This document shows positions 55,295 to 64,000 of a stretch of 64,000 nt of DNA, piece after piece. This DNA comes from Thermodesulfobacteriaceae bacterium. GTDB lineage: Bacteria; Desulfobacterota; Thermodesulfobacteria; Thermodesulfobacteriales; Thermodesulfobacteriaceae. The first letter of the stretch is position 1; each line of letters begins with the position of its first letter. A model generated the notes under the pieces. The model made no database searches. It was not told the origin of the DNA and saw nothing but the letters and a program-made list of their open reading frames with translations. A program made the position numbers and the translations under genes. The stretch is from contig JBMSAU010000110.1 in NCBI GenBank assembly GCA_049414625.1, positions 13,915-77,914 on the forward strand, given 5' to 3'.

Positions 55295-57034
55295 ATGTTT
55301 ATTCCAAATCAACTTGCACCTGGTGTTTACATCAATGTTGTATTTGCACCTGAACCATTAATTGGATTACCTGAAAAATACAATGCATTATTCTTTATTG
55401 TAGCAGAGAAAGGACCTGCAAATAAACCAGTGTATATAACATCAGCTCAAAGATTTCTTGATACTTTTGGTCAGCCAGATCCGAAATTCCCATTAACATC
55501 ACTTTATGCATATGAATATGTTAGGAATGGTGGACCAGCATATGTGGTTAGATTACTTCCAAGAAATGCTACAAAAGCTAATGCTACCTTAGCTCTTGTT
55601 CCTGATCCGGATGATGCAGATACCTATGTATGGGCATATGGGTATGTAGATTACTCTACTAATACATTTATTGGTCGCGATGAAATTAATGATAGAAACG
55701 TATCACTACCTGTATCTGCAACTTATGCTCCACCAGAACCTAACAAAGCAGTTATAATTGCGCAATTTGGTGAATACGGTATGTATTACAATACCTATAG
55801 ATTGAGATTTTCATTACCTTTACTTAGAACAAATAAAACATTTAATGTAGTTATAGAAAGAGTTATAGGAACACAAACTGAAAATGTTGCGGTATTCAAT
55901 AATGTTACTTTTGAACCAAATGTAAATGAATTGGGATATCCAACACAAATTAATCATACTCTTTACACATTTAATCAACCAGCATTTGAATACTTAAAGA
56001 CTAACTACATAATAAAGTATAAAGATTATGAAACGAATACTATTACAGATACTAATACAAGACCAATAGATTCTGTTGACATAGTGTATTCAACTAATAC
56101 AATATGGAATTTTGCAGGTGGTTCTGATGGTGGATTAAGAGATCCGCTTACAGGTTTGGTAAATTTCTCATTGTTTGCTGATCTAGTTGTAGAAGCCGTA
56201 TATGGTTATACTACATTACTTCCAAACAGAATACAAGGACTTATTGATGATGAAACAATATTCATCAAATACATTGTTGATCCCTGTGATGAGAGATTTC
56301 CCTACACAAAGAGAAGATCAGTATGGAATGCTTTAGTTGATTTGGCTCAATCCAAGTATATGCTTAATGCTGGTGCTATAGTTCTGAGTAACATAGCTGA
56401 TTTGTTTGACTGGACAGATATAGGACTTTTAGATTCAACCAACCCTCCTATACCTAGACATTATCTACATGCAACTTACTATTCAAAAATTGAGGATGTT
56501 GATGGCAGAATATATCCTCATCTTAGATATGTTGTTCAAAATATTGCTAGATTAAGAGCACAACAACAAAGTATTGAACCACTTGCTGGTGTTATTAATG
56601 CTACGATACCAACAGGAGTAGATGTTATACCGAGATTAACAGTTCCTGAGAGATCAAGGCTGGTAGAACTTGGAATTAACTTTGCTCACAAAGATCCTTT
56701 CTATGGTGTATTTACTGATCTTGATAGAACTACATCACTTGCTCTCGGTAAATTTCTGTATGTAATTGAGGATGTTGTTGATATTAAGAGAGAGCTAGTT
56801 AAATTGCTAAGACCGTTTGTACATAAATTAGAAACTTATGATTGGGAGAGCATCAAGAGTTTAATCATAGACTTCTTACTAAAACCAAGAGTAGCAAGTG
56901 GTTTAATAAAGGAATATGAAGTTAACTTGAGATTATCCGAAGAATTAACTAGACAAAATGTACTAGGCATAGATATGAATCTACGATATGCTCGCGAAAT
57001 AGAACGTATTGCAGTAACAATATATGTGAGATAA
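55295..57034 (+). CDS. contractile tail sheath protein
   Basis: The N-terminus APGVYINVV...ALFFIVAEKGPANKPVYITSAQRFLDTFG matches the typical sheath PGVY...G...GP.N.P..(V/I)TS...F...FG pattern. The size is 579 aa. Confidence 0.75.
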   Translation: MFIPNQLAPGVYINVVFAPEPLIGLPEKYNALFFIVAEKGPANKPVYITSAQRFLDTFGQPDPKFPLTSLYAYEYVRNGGPAYVVRLLPRNATKANATLALVPDPDDADTYVWAYGYVDYSTNTFIGRDEINDRNVSLPVSATYAPPEPNKAVIIAQFGEYGMYYNTYRLRFSLPLLRTNKTFNVVIERVIGTQTENVAVFNNVTFEPNVNELGYPTQINHTLYTFNQPAFEYLKTNYIIKYKDYETNTITDTNTRPIDSVDIVYSTNTIWNFAGGSDGGLRDPLTGLVNFSLFADLVVEAVYGYTTLLPNRIQGLIDDETIFIKYIVDPCDERFPYTKRRSVWNALVDLAQSKYMLNAGAIVLSNIADLFDWTDIGLLDSTNPPIPRHYLHATYYSKIEDVDGRIYPHLRYVVQNIARLRAQQQSIEPLAGVINATIPTGVDVIPRLTVPERSRLVELGINFAHKDPFYGVFTDLDRTTSLALGKFLYVIEDVVDIKRELVKLLRPFVHKLETYDWESIKSLIIDFLLKPRVASGLIKEYEVNLRLSEELTRQNVLGIDMNLRYAREIERIAVTIYVR

Positions 57035-57055
57035 TTTTTTTTACTAACAAAAAAA

Positions 57056-58015
57056 TTAAGATAGATGGATAGTTTGAATTGTTGCAGGATAAACTTTTAT
57101 TTTTTGATTTCCAAATGTTGTTAATATGCTTTCAAAGTAAAAGTTTGGAGCTAAGACCTGATTATCATTTTCAACAATCTTTAAAATTGGTTTAATAATA
57201 GCACTTGGATAAAGTAAAGGTCTATTAACTTTGTTGTTTATAATAATGTCTATAATCAAGTTTTCATCTTCATTATAAAGAAAACCTGTTATATCAAAAA
57301 TAGTATAGGTTATGCCAGAACGATTTATTGTTATTAATTCATTAGTTGATTCAACAGGTAATGTATATCTGTTACGAAGCATATTAAAATCAGAAATTAG
57401 TTTTGCTTTCGATAAATTAATTGCATAACTATAAACTTCAACATTCAAAAATCTGTTACTCATCATTCTAGCAAACAATGATGAATCTTGTTCATAATCT
57501 ACAATCAAATCTACTATTAAAGCATTTGTTTTTGGTAAACGAAATCTTAAAAAGTTTTGTTGTAATAGGGAATTAGCATAAAATACTGGAATCGTATCCA
57601 TATTTAACAATATCCGGTGTGCTAGTATTGGTAAGTAAATATAATCCAAACTACTATTGATATTTAGTTCAGCTAAAGTATGCTCTTGTGTTGTATTTGT
57701 AATTACATCTTGATAAACTATTTTGTAGATTATTTTATTTAGTGTCCAGTTAAAATTATAGACTTGTCTAAAGAGATAAGGTGTATAATATTCTGGTGTT
57801 GTTATTAACCTAATATGCTTATCAAAAGTCAAAGTTGTATAAGAACTTAGCAGACTCGTAGGTATTTCCAAAAACAGAAGACGATAAGAATTTCTGAGTG
57901 TATTTATGTCATAGGTGTAATCTGTATGTTCTGCGTACAGGTTAAAAGTTGTTGAAATTATATTTGCTTCTATTAGTTTGAGTAAATTTTCCAGATGTCT
58001 ATTAACAACATACAT
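57056..58015 (-). CDS. hypothetical protein (tail/baseplate gene neighbourhood)
   Basis: ORF track entry. Confidence 0.6.
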   Translation of the reverse strand: MYVVNRHLENLLKLIEANIISTTFNLYAEHTDYTYDINTLRNSYRLLFLEIPTSLLSSYTTLTFDKHIRLITTPEYYTPYLFRQVYNFNWTLNKIIYKIVYQDVITNTTQEHTLAELNINSSLDYIYLPILAHRILLNMDTIPVFYANSLLQQNFLRFRLPKTNALIVDLIVDYEQDSSLFARMMSNRFLNVEVYSYAINLSKAKLISDFNMLRNRYTLPVESTNELITINRSGITYTIFDITGFLYNEDENLIIDIIINNKVNRPLLYPSAIIKPILKIVENDNQVLAPNFYFESILTTFGNQKIKVYPATIQTIHLS

Positions 58016-58027
58016 TTGCTTTATGCT

Positions 58028-58852
58028 TTAACCTATATTGCCAAGCAGAAATTTCTCAAATTCTGTTATACTATCTTGTTTACGTACAAGTAAATTAGGT
58101 ATTGCTAACTTGATATTCTCAAAATACAACTGTCGTATTGGATATAAATATTTTATGGTTTGCTTAAATCTTAGCATTTTAGCATACTTACAATTACTAT
58201 TCCTATACAACTTAAATACATCATCATTACAAGTTAAAGTTTGAGCAAGCCAAGTCTCGATATAAACACTAGTTATATCCAAACCTAGTAGTTCTGCTAA
58301 CTGTTGTATTCTGTCAAATGCTTTTTGACCATTCAAGCCATTTATCATGTTAAGCCAATCTGCCATTTGCTCTAGTATTGACATTGCAATATCAGCAGTT
58401 AACGTTAGATTTTCTATCCTAGCAAATGGCGTTTGTTCTTCAGGATAATACAACAAAGCCAAGTACACATTTTTATCTTTGATCCTGAGGGTTAAATTAT
58501 CTGATTCAGTATCTTGAGATTCTGCTTCAGATAACAACCTAGACAAAGGTCTATTTGTTTTTTGTAAATTAGCTTCGTTCAAATATACACATACATAATG
58601 TATACCAGTAGTGTAATAAACATTACTATATTTTGCATCATGTAAGTCTATAGTCTCTTCGTTATCTAGCAAATCATATATTTCCAGAGCAATATCTCTA
58701 TCCTGTGTAAAATATAACAATGGTATACAATAAAGTTCGTTTTCCTGTTTTAATATATGTGTTGTTTTAAGAATGATATACAAATTAGATAAATTTGTTA
58801 GCAATGTTACATTATCACTGTCTACAGTAATAGGAATTTTATCTTTACTCAT
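58028..58852 (-). CDS. hypothetical protein (tail/baseplate gene neighbourhood)
   Basis: ORF track entry. Confidence 0.6.
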   Translation of the reverse strand: MSKDKIPITVDSDNVTLLTNLSNLYIILKTTHILKQENELYCIPLLYFTQDRDIALEIYDLLDNEETIDLHDAKYSNVYYTTGIHYVCVYLNEANLQKTNRPLSRLLSEAESQDTESDNLTLRIKDKNVYLALLYYPEEQTPFARIENLTLTADIAMSILEQMADWLNMINGLNGQKAFDRIQQLAELLGLDITSVYIETWLAQTLTCNDDVFKLYRNSNCKYAKMLRFKQTIKYLYPIRQLYFENIKLAIPNLLVRKQDSITEFEKFLLGNIG

Positions 58853-58853
58853 T

Positions 58854-60902
58854 CTAGTTGGGTGCTATTCGACGTGTGGGAATTCCAGCAACTCTACTCA
58901 AATCTACTAATTCCCACTTACCATTATAATATTCAAGAACTGCTATATGAAAGTGATGTCCTGTAGACAGTCTGGATATGTATTCTGTTCTATTTATTTC
59001 ATAATGTTTCATATCAACTACAACTATTTTACCATCACTAGTTTTTGCTCTTAATATGTAGTTTGCATCTCTAGAACCAAAAGAACAAATACCAAAATAG
59101 CGACTTATTCTATTTATAATATTTGTTCCCATATCTATTTTTGGACTTCCAGTTGGTATATCAGTACCTGCATGATGTCCTAGACCAGGTCTTACATCTA
59201 ACGGAACTGATGATGCAAATCTGAATTTGTTGTTATATAGTATGTTAGGTATTTGAGATATTAAACTGGTTGCACTATATTGTGTTGTTACAATATTTCC
59301 GTTACAGTCTAATGAAACTTCATCCAAACATAATCTACCAGAACGACTAATTTGTTGTTGTAATTGCTTACGTACATTATCATCTTCTGTAAATACCCAC
59401 CTGTTATTTCTCAGAATGTAGGTTGTTATACGACCTCTTTCATACTTTACCTTAACTGGAACCTGTTCTCCATTAATAATTACATAATTATTACATCCGA
59501 TTGTTTTTATTGGTATTCTTGTTTTTGCATTTGGTTTGGTATAAGTATCTTTTTTTGGTGGAGCAATCGGTCCAGTAGCTCCAGTTCCTGTTTCAATGCT
59601 CAATCTATCCTTTGTTAGAGTCTTCAAAATTGGATGACCCATTGCTAACATAATCTCTCTAGACTGAAATTCATTATCTAGTTTAGATATATCTTGCTCT
59701 AAAACATACTTAATGGGATCAAAGAAATATGCTCCAGTAAATAGCGGTAAAGTCGGTTGAGCAAGATACTTGAGATCTTTAGTTGCAACAACTATGTTTG
59801 CTATATCAGAGACAGTTAAGTTGATAGTTACTTTTTTAGGCCATCCGTTAGCAAAAGTTTCTTTGCTTGTTTGTAAATTAAAATCTGTTATAATTCCTAA
59901 TGGTATGAATATTTTACCAGGAACTAAGAGTGTAACATAGTGAGGTTCACCAGCAAATAATTGAGAATAGTTTTGTAATATGGCTAATATATGTTTAATT
60001 AACCTGTTTGTTGCTTCAAATCTATTTAGATAGTCAGGTCCAGCTTGTTGCAAGGTCATACCTGTTAGATATAAAGATGGAACAAATATATTCTCGTAAA
60101 ATTGTCTAGTAGAATTTGCTACCAAAGTTATTGTTATTGAGCATTGACAATTGTAAGAGGTAGATGTATACACTCTTGGTAGTTGTATGTTTTTAATTAA
60201 CTTGGATAACAGTATGGCTAGAGTTGCTGTTTCCATAAGAGTTTCAGGTAGATTAGTTAGTATATTTGATGTTGGTTCATTTGTTGTAGTTGATTTATTA
60301 ATTCCAATTAAATCGATTATAGATTTTGCAAGACTACTACCTAGATAAACTGATATACCATATTGTCTGAGCAACTGAACAAACCGTTCATCTAGATCTA
60401 ATTCAGAATCGCTATAACGATTAGTTATTGTCTGACTAATGTCTACATTATCAGCTAAAAATCCTACCAAAACAGATCGCCTCAAGCTACTAACCAATTT
60501 ATTAACATTAACTCCTCTTATTACATCCATTGTATCAAATCTTTTAAGTTTTTCTGAATTACCGGATAATGATAATATATACTGAGCAATTTTATCGTTA
60601 TAATATCTGGCTCTGCCTCCAACAGACCTAATAAGCTTGTAAAATTCAAATACGTTGCTAGCAGATAGTTCAACTTTAGTTTTGTTCAAATCCAACGTTG
60701 TTAACAAACCGATTAGTAGAATTGATTGTATAGTTGTTAGTTGTCCTAAATTTATGTTTATAGGATCTAAGGGAAATAAATAACAAATGTCACTTGTTAT
60801 AATTGTATCTTTATAAACTTGACTCATTAATGCATCTGTATTTGAAGTCACATCTTTTCCGAAAACAGTGATAGTTCCAAATCTGCTTTCTAGGGTATAC
60901 AT
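58854..60902 (-). CDS. tail-associated protein with a C-terminal M23/LytM peptidoglycan endopeptidase domain
   Basis: GHHAGTDI provides HxxxD and GHHFHIAV provides HxH. The central region is paralogous to 4676-5932. The ATG at 60900-60902 (MYTLES...FGKDV) is preferred because it aligns with the paralogue's N-terminus; the track starts at a TTG at 60926. Confidence 0.75.
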   Translation of the reverse strand: MYTLESRFGTITVFGKDVTSNTDALMSQVYKDTIITSDICYLFPLDPININLGQLTTIQSILLIGLLTTLDLNKTKVELSASNVFEFYKLIRSVGGRARYYNDKIAQYILSLSGNSEKLKRFDTMDVIRGVNVNKLVSSLRRSVLVGFLADNVDISQTITNRYSDSELDLDERFVQLLRQYGISVYLGSSLAKSIIDLIGINKSTTTNEPTSNILTNLPETLMETATLAILLSKLIKNIQLPRVYTSTSYNCQCSITITLVANSTRQFYENIFVPSLYLTGMTLQQAGPDYLNRFEATNRLIKHILAILQNYSQLFAGEPHYVTLLVPGKIFIPLGIITDFNLQTSKETFANGWPKKVTINLTVSDIANIVVATKDLKYLAQPTLPLFTGAYFFDPIKYVLEQDISKLDNEFQSREIMLAMGHPILKTLTKDRLSIETGTGATGPIAPPKKDTYTKPNAKTRIPIKTIGCNNYVIINGEQVPVKVKYERGRITTYILRNNRWVFTEDDNVRKQLQQQISRSGRLCLDEVSLDCNGNIVTTQYSATSLISQIPNILYNNKFRFASSVPLDVRPGLGHHAGTDIPTGSPKIDMGTNIINRISRYFGICSFGSRDANYILRAKTSDGKIVVVDMKHYEINRTEYISRLSTGHHFHIAVLEYYNGKWELVDLSRVAGIPTRRIAPN

Positions 60903-60945
60903 AAGCTGACTTGCTTGCTGTTTCAATTAAATGATAACAAAAAAA

Positions 60946-61374
60946 CTATATAACTACCTGAGCAATATAATCTACTCCATTAATTCTTACTCTCACTTCA
61001 TAAAATGGTAGAGCATCAGATTGAGTTACTGCATCCACTTGATCATGGATAACATACTCATTTGTTGTTGGATCTTTAAGCAAATACTTTAAATTTAATT
61101 CTATACTTTCAATTAGTAATAAGAGTTCGCGAGCTTCTGTTTCACTTAGACCATAGTTAATCATGTTACGAACTATATCCTCTCTAAAATCATTAAGTGA
61201 AGGATAATGAGTTTTACCAAGCAAATTGTATAAATAACTACCTCCAGTTAAATCTATTATAAAAGCATTTTTTGGAAAACTTAATGTTTTTATGATAAAG
61301 TATAATAACTTTAATGCTTCATCATCAATATCTCTTAAAATTGACCCATCATAAATGTTTTGTATTGGAAGCAT
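60946..61374 (-). CDS. hypothetical protein
   Basis: ORF track entry. Confidence 0.6.
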   Translation of the reverse strand: MLPIQNIYDGSILRDIDDEALKLLYFIIKTLSFPKNAFIIDLTGGSYLYNLLGKTHYPSLNDFREDIVRNMINYGLSETEARELLLLIESIELNLKYLLKDPTTNEYVIHDQVDAVTQSDALPFYEVRVRINGVDYIAQVVI

Positions 61375-61381
61375 CTACATA

Positions 61382-62437
61382 ATGCTAGATATTAAGAGAA
61401 TATATGCCACAGATAATTCAGAGATTACAAACTTATTCAAAAAAGTTCCTCTAAAAAAAGATGAAACTTCTGTTATGAAACTTTACCAACTAACTTGTAA
61501 AGGTTCTGCTTCCGTTAACTATACAGAAACAGAAAAAAATAAATTAATTAGGATACCCATATTTACTTTATCTGTTAACAAAACAATTATTTACATTCCA
61601 AAGTATGATTTATATAACGTTGACATTGTAACTCCTGTTAAAGAGTTAGAAGAATATTTTGGAAAGTTTTATGCCAAGTTTTTAGCAACTCTATCAGATC
61701 AAGGAAAAATAGTTATAGTTAGAGATATCGTTTTACCCAGATTTATAGCCGTTCAATGTCCTACGTATGTAGCTGATAGATTTGTCTTGAATTCACTGCC
61801 CAAAATTGTTAGTGATTTATATATCATATTTAAAAGTAAAGATGAAGTCACTGTAGATGCTTTGTTATCTCCGATTAGTAAGATTAAATTGATGCTTGAT
61901 ATGTATAACAATATCAACAACAGGTTTGATATATTAGTAGAGTATTTATCCAGCAATGTTGAAATATTTTTGGAACAGGTCTTGGAGATGTTTAAATACT
62001 TTCTATTTTCACAGAAAGGACTAAATGTTAGTCAAATCAAAGATGAAGTTCATGCTAAAATAACACTTTACATTTTACATCACTTTATATCTCCATTAAT
62101 GTTTCCGAATTTGACTGATCAACAAAGAGAACAAATCATAAACAAGTTTTCAAAACGATTGAACTATAAATTTGTTTACAATCCAAATTACATACCAACA
62201 CTGGGAAATCTGTTCTCATCAATATCCGAGTTAGATAAAGAGTTATACTACTATCAAGATGTAACAAGAGTATTTGCTCGTGCCTATAAAATACATCCGT
62301 ATTTGCTATGGACTTTAAGTAATATTTATGGTATGTTGCATACTCTTATTGCGAATCAATTCAACATACAAATAATGAAGATACCTTTGTTATCAAGGTT
62401 TATTACCTTACAACTTCCTCTAAAAAGAGGAGAGTAA
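61382..62437 (+). CDS. hypothetical protein
   Basis: The first ATG is at 61382 (the track starts earlier, at 61355). Confidence 0.55.
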   Translation: MLDIKRIYATDNSEITNLFKKVPLKKDETSVMKLYQLTCKGSASVNYTETEKNKLIRIPIFTLSVNKTIIYIPKYDLYNVDIVTPVKELEEYFGKFYAKFLATLSDQGKIVIVRDIVLPRFIAVQCPTYVADRFVLNSLPKIVSDLYIIFKSKDEVTVDALLSPISKIKLMLDMYNNINNRFDILVEYLSSNVEIFLEQVLEMFKYFLFSQKGLNVSQIKDEVHAKITLYILHHFISPLMFPNLTDQQREQIINKFSKRLNYKFVYNPNYIPTLGNLFSSISELDKELYYYQDVTRVFARAYKIHPYLLWTLSNIYGMLHTLIANQFNIQIMKIPLLSRFITLQLPLKRGE

Positions 62438-62439
62438 AA

Positions 62440-63096
62440 ATGATTTACATAACTTATAAATATAACATGAGACAATCTCCTGCAACTAAATCATTAAAAC
62501 ACTTCGAGCAAAGAATATTTGATCGCATACATCAGATCGAGAAAGGATTACTTGAATTACAAATATCTCCTTTGTTTAAGTTTAATAAAAATGAGTTTAG
62601 ATGGCTCTTGTTTTTGGATGTAGAAACCATCACTAAAATTAGAGAACCAAATAAAGGATTAACATTAAAAACTTTCACAGGTAGAGGCTTACATGTTTTC
62701 AATTTTGTTGCTTACAAGATTCGTGATATTATTAAAACTAGACAAATGTTAAAACAAAACGAATGCATAAAAAATAAGATTGATATAGCAACTACATTAA
62801 GAGTAACACCAATGAGATTTTTAGGTTGCTTTTCAACAAAACATAAAATATGGCTACATCCTTATTTAGTTGAACATGGTGATTACGAACAAATAAAATA
62901 TCTTGCTTCCAAACCACCGAGTGTGTATTTGCAAACAAAATTTGCAAAACAAGTTTGTGATTATTTATCCATACCATATAACAAACACGATTTAGATACG
63001 TATGCTAGAATAATAGTTGAACCTTTCAAAAAAATTATTAAAAGCGAAAGTAACATTTTGGATATTGTAAATCATATGCTAAACTGTGTACAATAA
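62440..63096 (+). CDS. hypothetical protein
   Basis: ORF track entry. AGAGGAGAG lies 5 nt upstream of the ATG (Shine-Dalgarno-like coupling). Confidence 0.6.
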   Translation: MIYITYKYNMRQSPATKSLKHFEQRIFDRIHQIEKGLLELQISPLFKFNKNEFRWLLFLDVETITKIREPNKGLTLKTFTGRGLHVFNFVAYKIRDIIKTRQMLKQNECIKNKIDIATTLRVTPMRFLGCFSTKHKIWLHPYLVEHGDYEQIKYLASKPPSVYLQTKFAKQVCDYLSIPYNKHDLDTYARIIVEPFKKIIKSESNILDIVNHMLNCVQ

Positions 63097-63112
63097 AGCT
63101 AAATTTTAAAAC

Positions 63113-63556
63113 ATGAGGAACTTTGCCATACCTAGAAACCTATTGAACATATCCTTTAATGTTGTTTATGCAGATAAATTCATTATTTGTAGCATGGAAC
63201 CCAGTACTAGTGATGAAGATAGTCTTCTGATTGCAGGATTAGATCACACAGAAATTGTTGCTAATAATAAACGAGTAAAATTTTCCAACTTAGAAAAAGG
63301 TTTAAGATTGTATACAGGTAGTTATTACTATGTTGTTAAGGATATCGTACATGTAAAACAAAATAATCTAGTTCCATTTTACATTGCAAAACCATTTATG
63401 GAAATCGGAGAATTTAGAATCTTTGGTCCGTTTAGAGTTAATTTAGAAATAACAGAAAACGAAACTGAGGAATATGAAATAGCTAATCTAAAAATAAGTT
63501 TTGAAAAGAAATTTAATTTGTTAGAGGTATTAGATACTAACTTTGCGGCAAATTAG
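63113..63556 (+). CDS. hypothetical protein
   Basis: ORF track entry. Exact CTAAATT-N7-ATG lies upstream. Confidence 0.65.
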   Translation: MRNFAIPRNLLNISFNVVYADKFIICSMEPSTSDEDSLLIAGLDHTEIVANNKRVKFSNLEKGLRLYTGSYYYVVKDIVHVKQNNLVPFYIAKPFMEIGEFRIFGPFRVNLEITENETEEYEIANLKISFEKKFNLLEVLDTNFAAN

Positions 63557-63578
63557 CAAATTGTCTAAATTTTTTACA

Positions 63579-63830
63579 ATGAGGAAAGTCAAAGTTCCAA
63601 AAAAAGAAATTTCCAATTTAGATCAATTAATACTCGATTTCATGAATCTACCGTCAATTGACAGAATGAGAAGAATTATGTATTGCATGTATAATGTAAA
63701 TACATATGATGAAGATACAATAAAAATTGATCCTTATTTGTTACCGATGTTTAGAAAATTAAAATCTATGTATCCAACGGTTAGGGATGAAGTCTTATTA
63801 AGAGCAACGATGCTAAATTTATCAAAATGA
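63579..63830 (+). CDS. hypothetical small protein
   Basis: The ATG at 63579 is chosen by the exact CTAAATT-N7-ATG (the track starts at a TTG at 63543). Confidence 0.55.
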   Translation: MRKVKVPKKEISNLDQLILDFMNLPSIDRMRRIMYCMYNVNTYDEDTIKIDPYLLPMFRKLKSMYPTVRDEVLLRATMLNLSK

Positions 63831-64000
63831 AAGAGTTCTTGAGTATAGCAAAACAATTAGTAGATTTAACAAAAAATGATTCATTTGCAAATCATTTTAC
63901 TGAATCTGCAGAGAGAATATCAAAATACTGGATGGAGATTATGCAATTTGCTATTAATAGAAAAAATTTTGATTCTGATGTAGAATGTATTAAGCATCTG
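63827..64000 (+). CDS. hypothetical protein, partial (runs off the window)
   Basis: Not in the ORF track. The ATG at 63827 overlaps the upstream stop as ATGA and follows an exact CTAAATT-N7. The frame stays open for 58 codons to the window end (MKEFLSIAKQLVDLTKND...). Confidence 0.5.
   Translation, partial: MKEFLSIAKQLVDLTKNDSFANHFTESAERISKYWMEIMQFAINRKNFDSDVECIKHL

Noticed and set aside
3227-62977. Many 60-120 aa ORFs in the track lie antisense to, or inside, longer genes. Examples are 3227-3445, 3607-3801, 4891-5142, 10723-10950, 13986-14177, 14757-15125, 20167-20382, 20738-20944, 22654-23418, 28084-28299, 28792-29070, 31362-31589, 40574-41239, 43841-44038, 44410-44860, 47331-47594, 48669-49447, 50095-51543, 53159-53684, 58038-58244, 59364-59618, 61753-61956 and 62792-62977.
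   Set aside because: These are shadow ORFs of longer, better supported genes on the other strand or frame. They have low-complexity or hydrophobic translations and no start cassette or Shine-Dalgarno site.
1-64000. Alternative genetic code (stop-codon reassignment), as seen in some large AT-rich phages.
   Set aside because: Long uninterrupted ORFs with recognisable full-length domains are obtained with the standard code. I saw no in-frame TAG or TGA splitting obvious single genes. The polymerase and RNAP splits are on different strands, so they are not readthrough artefacts.

Overview
All coordinates, motif counts and alignments below were made by eye; no program was run. The window is an AT-rich, densely coding (both strands) segment of a large tailed dsDNA phage. 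I found no rRNA, tRNA or CRISPR array.

Recognisable virion and lysis genes:
- tail sheath
- a T4/HK97-like major capsid candidate
- a tail-associated M23 peptidase
- a secreted SLT-type lytic transglycosylase

The replication and transcription machinery is jumbo-phage-like:
- a family-B DNA polymerase encoded as two separate genes on opposite strands about 21 kb apart (UDG4 plus 3'-5' exonuclease at 5955-7775; polymerase domain at 29067-30623)
- a DnaG-type primase, a DnaB/RecA-fold helicase, an SNF2 helicase and a FEN-type 5'-3' exonuclease
- a multisubunit RNA polymerase encoded as scattered fragment genes (beta N-terminal 51994-53316, beta C-terminal 32595-34187, beta-prime N-terminal 27738-29033)

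Also present are queE and queD (7-deazaguanine pathway) and an AcrIII-1/DUF1874-like ring nuclease.

Strongest non-protein signals:
1. A rigid CTAAATT-N7-ATG cassette precedes 22 genes. This suggests a compact phage promoter that yields leaderless or near-leaderless mRNAs.
2. A TnpB-like RuvC nuclease lacks the usual zinc ribbon. Its 3' end runs into a G+C-rich region of about 265 nt with several perfect stems (omega-RNA-like), and a tail-lysin paralogue starts 13 nt after the last stem.
3. A G+C-richer island that uses Shine-Dalgarno sites (about 46.95-49.93 kb) carries an XRE/ImmA-like regulator and three small acidic proteins.
4. A hairpin plus sigma70-type promoter module of about 140 nt is duplicated in inverted orientation. 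One copy drives queE; the other drives a small G+C-rich structured RNA candidate (51.89-51.995 kb).

Most remaining ORFs have no recognisable family.
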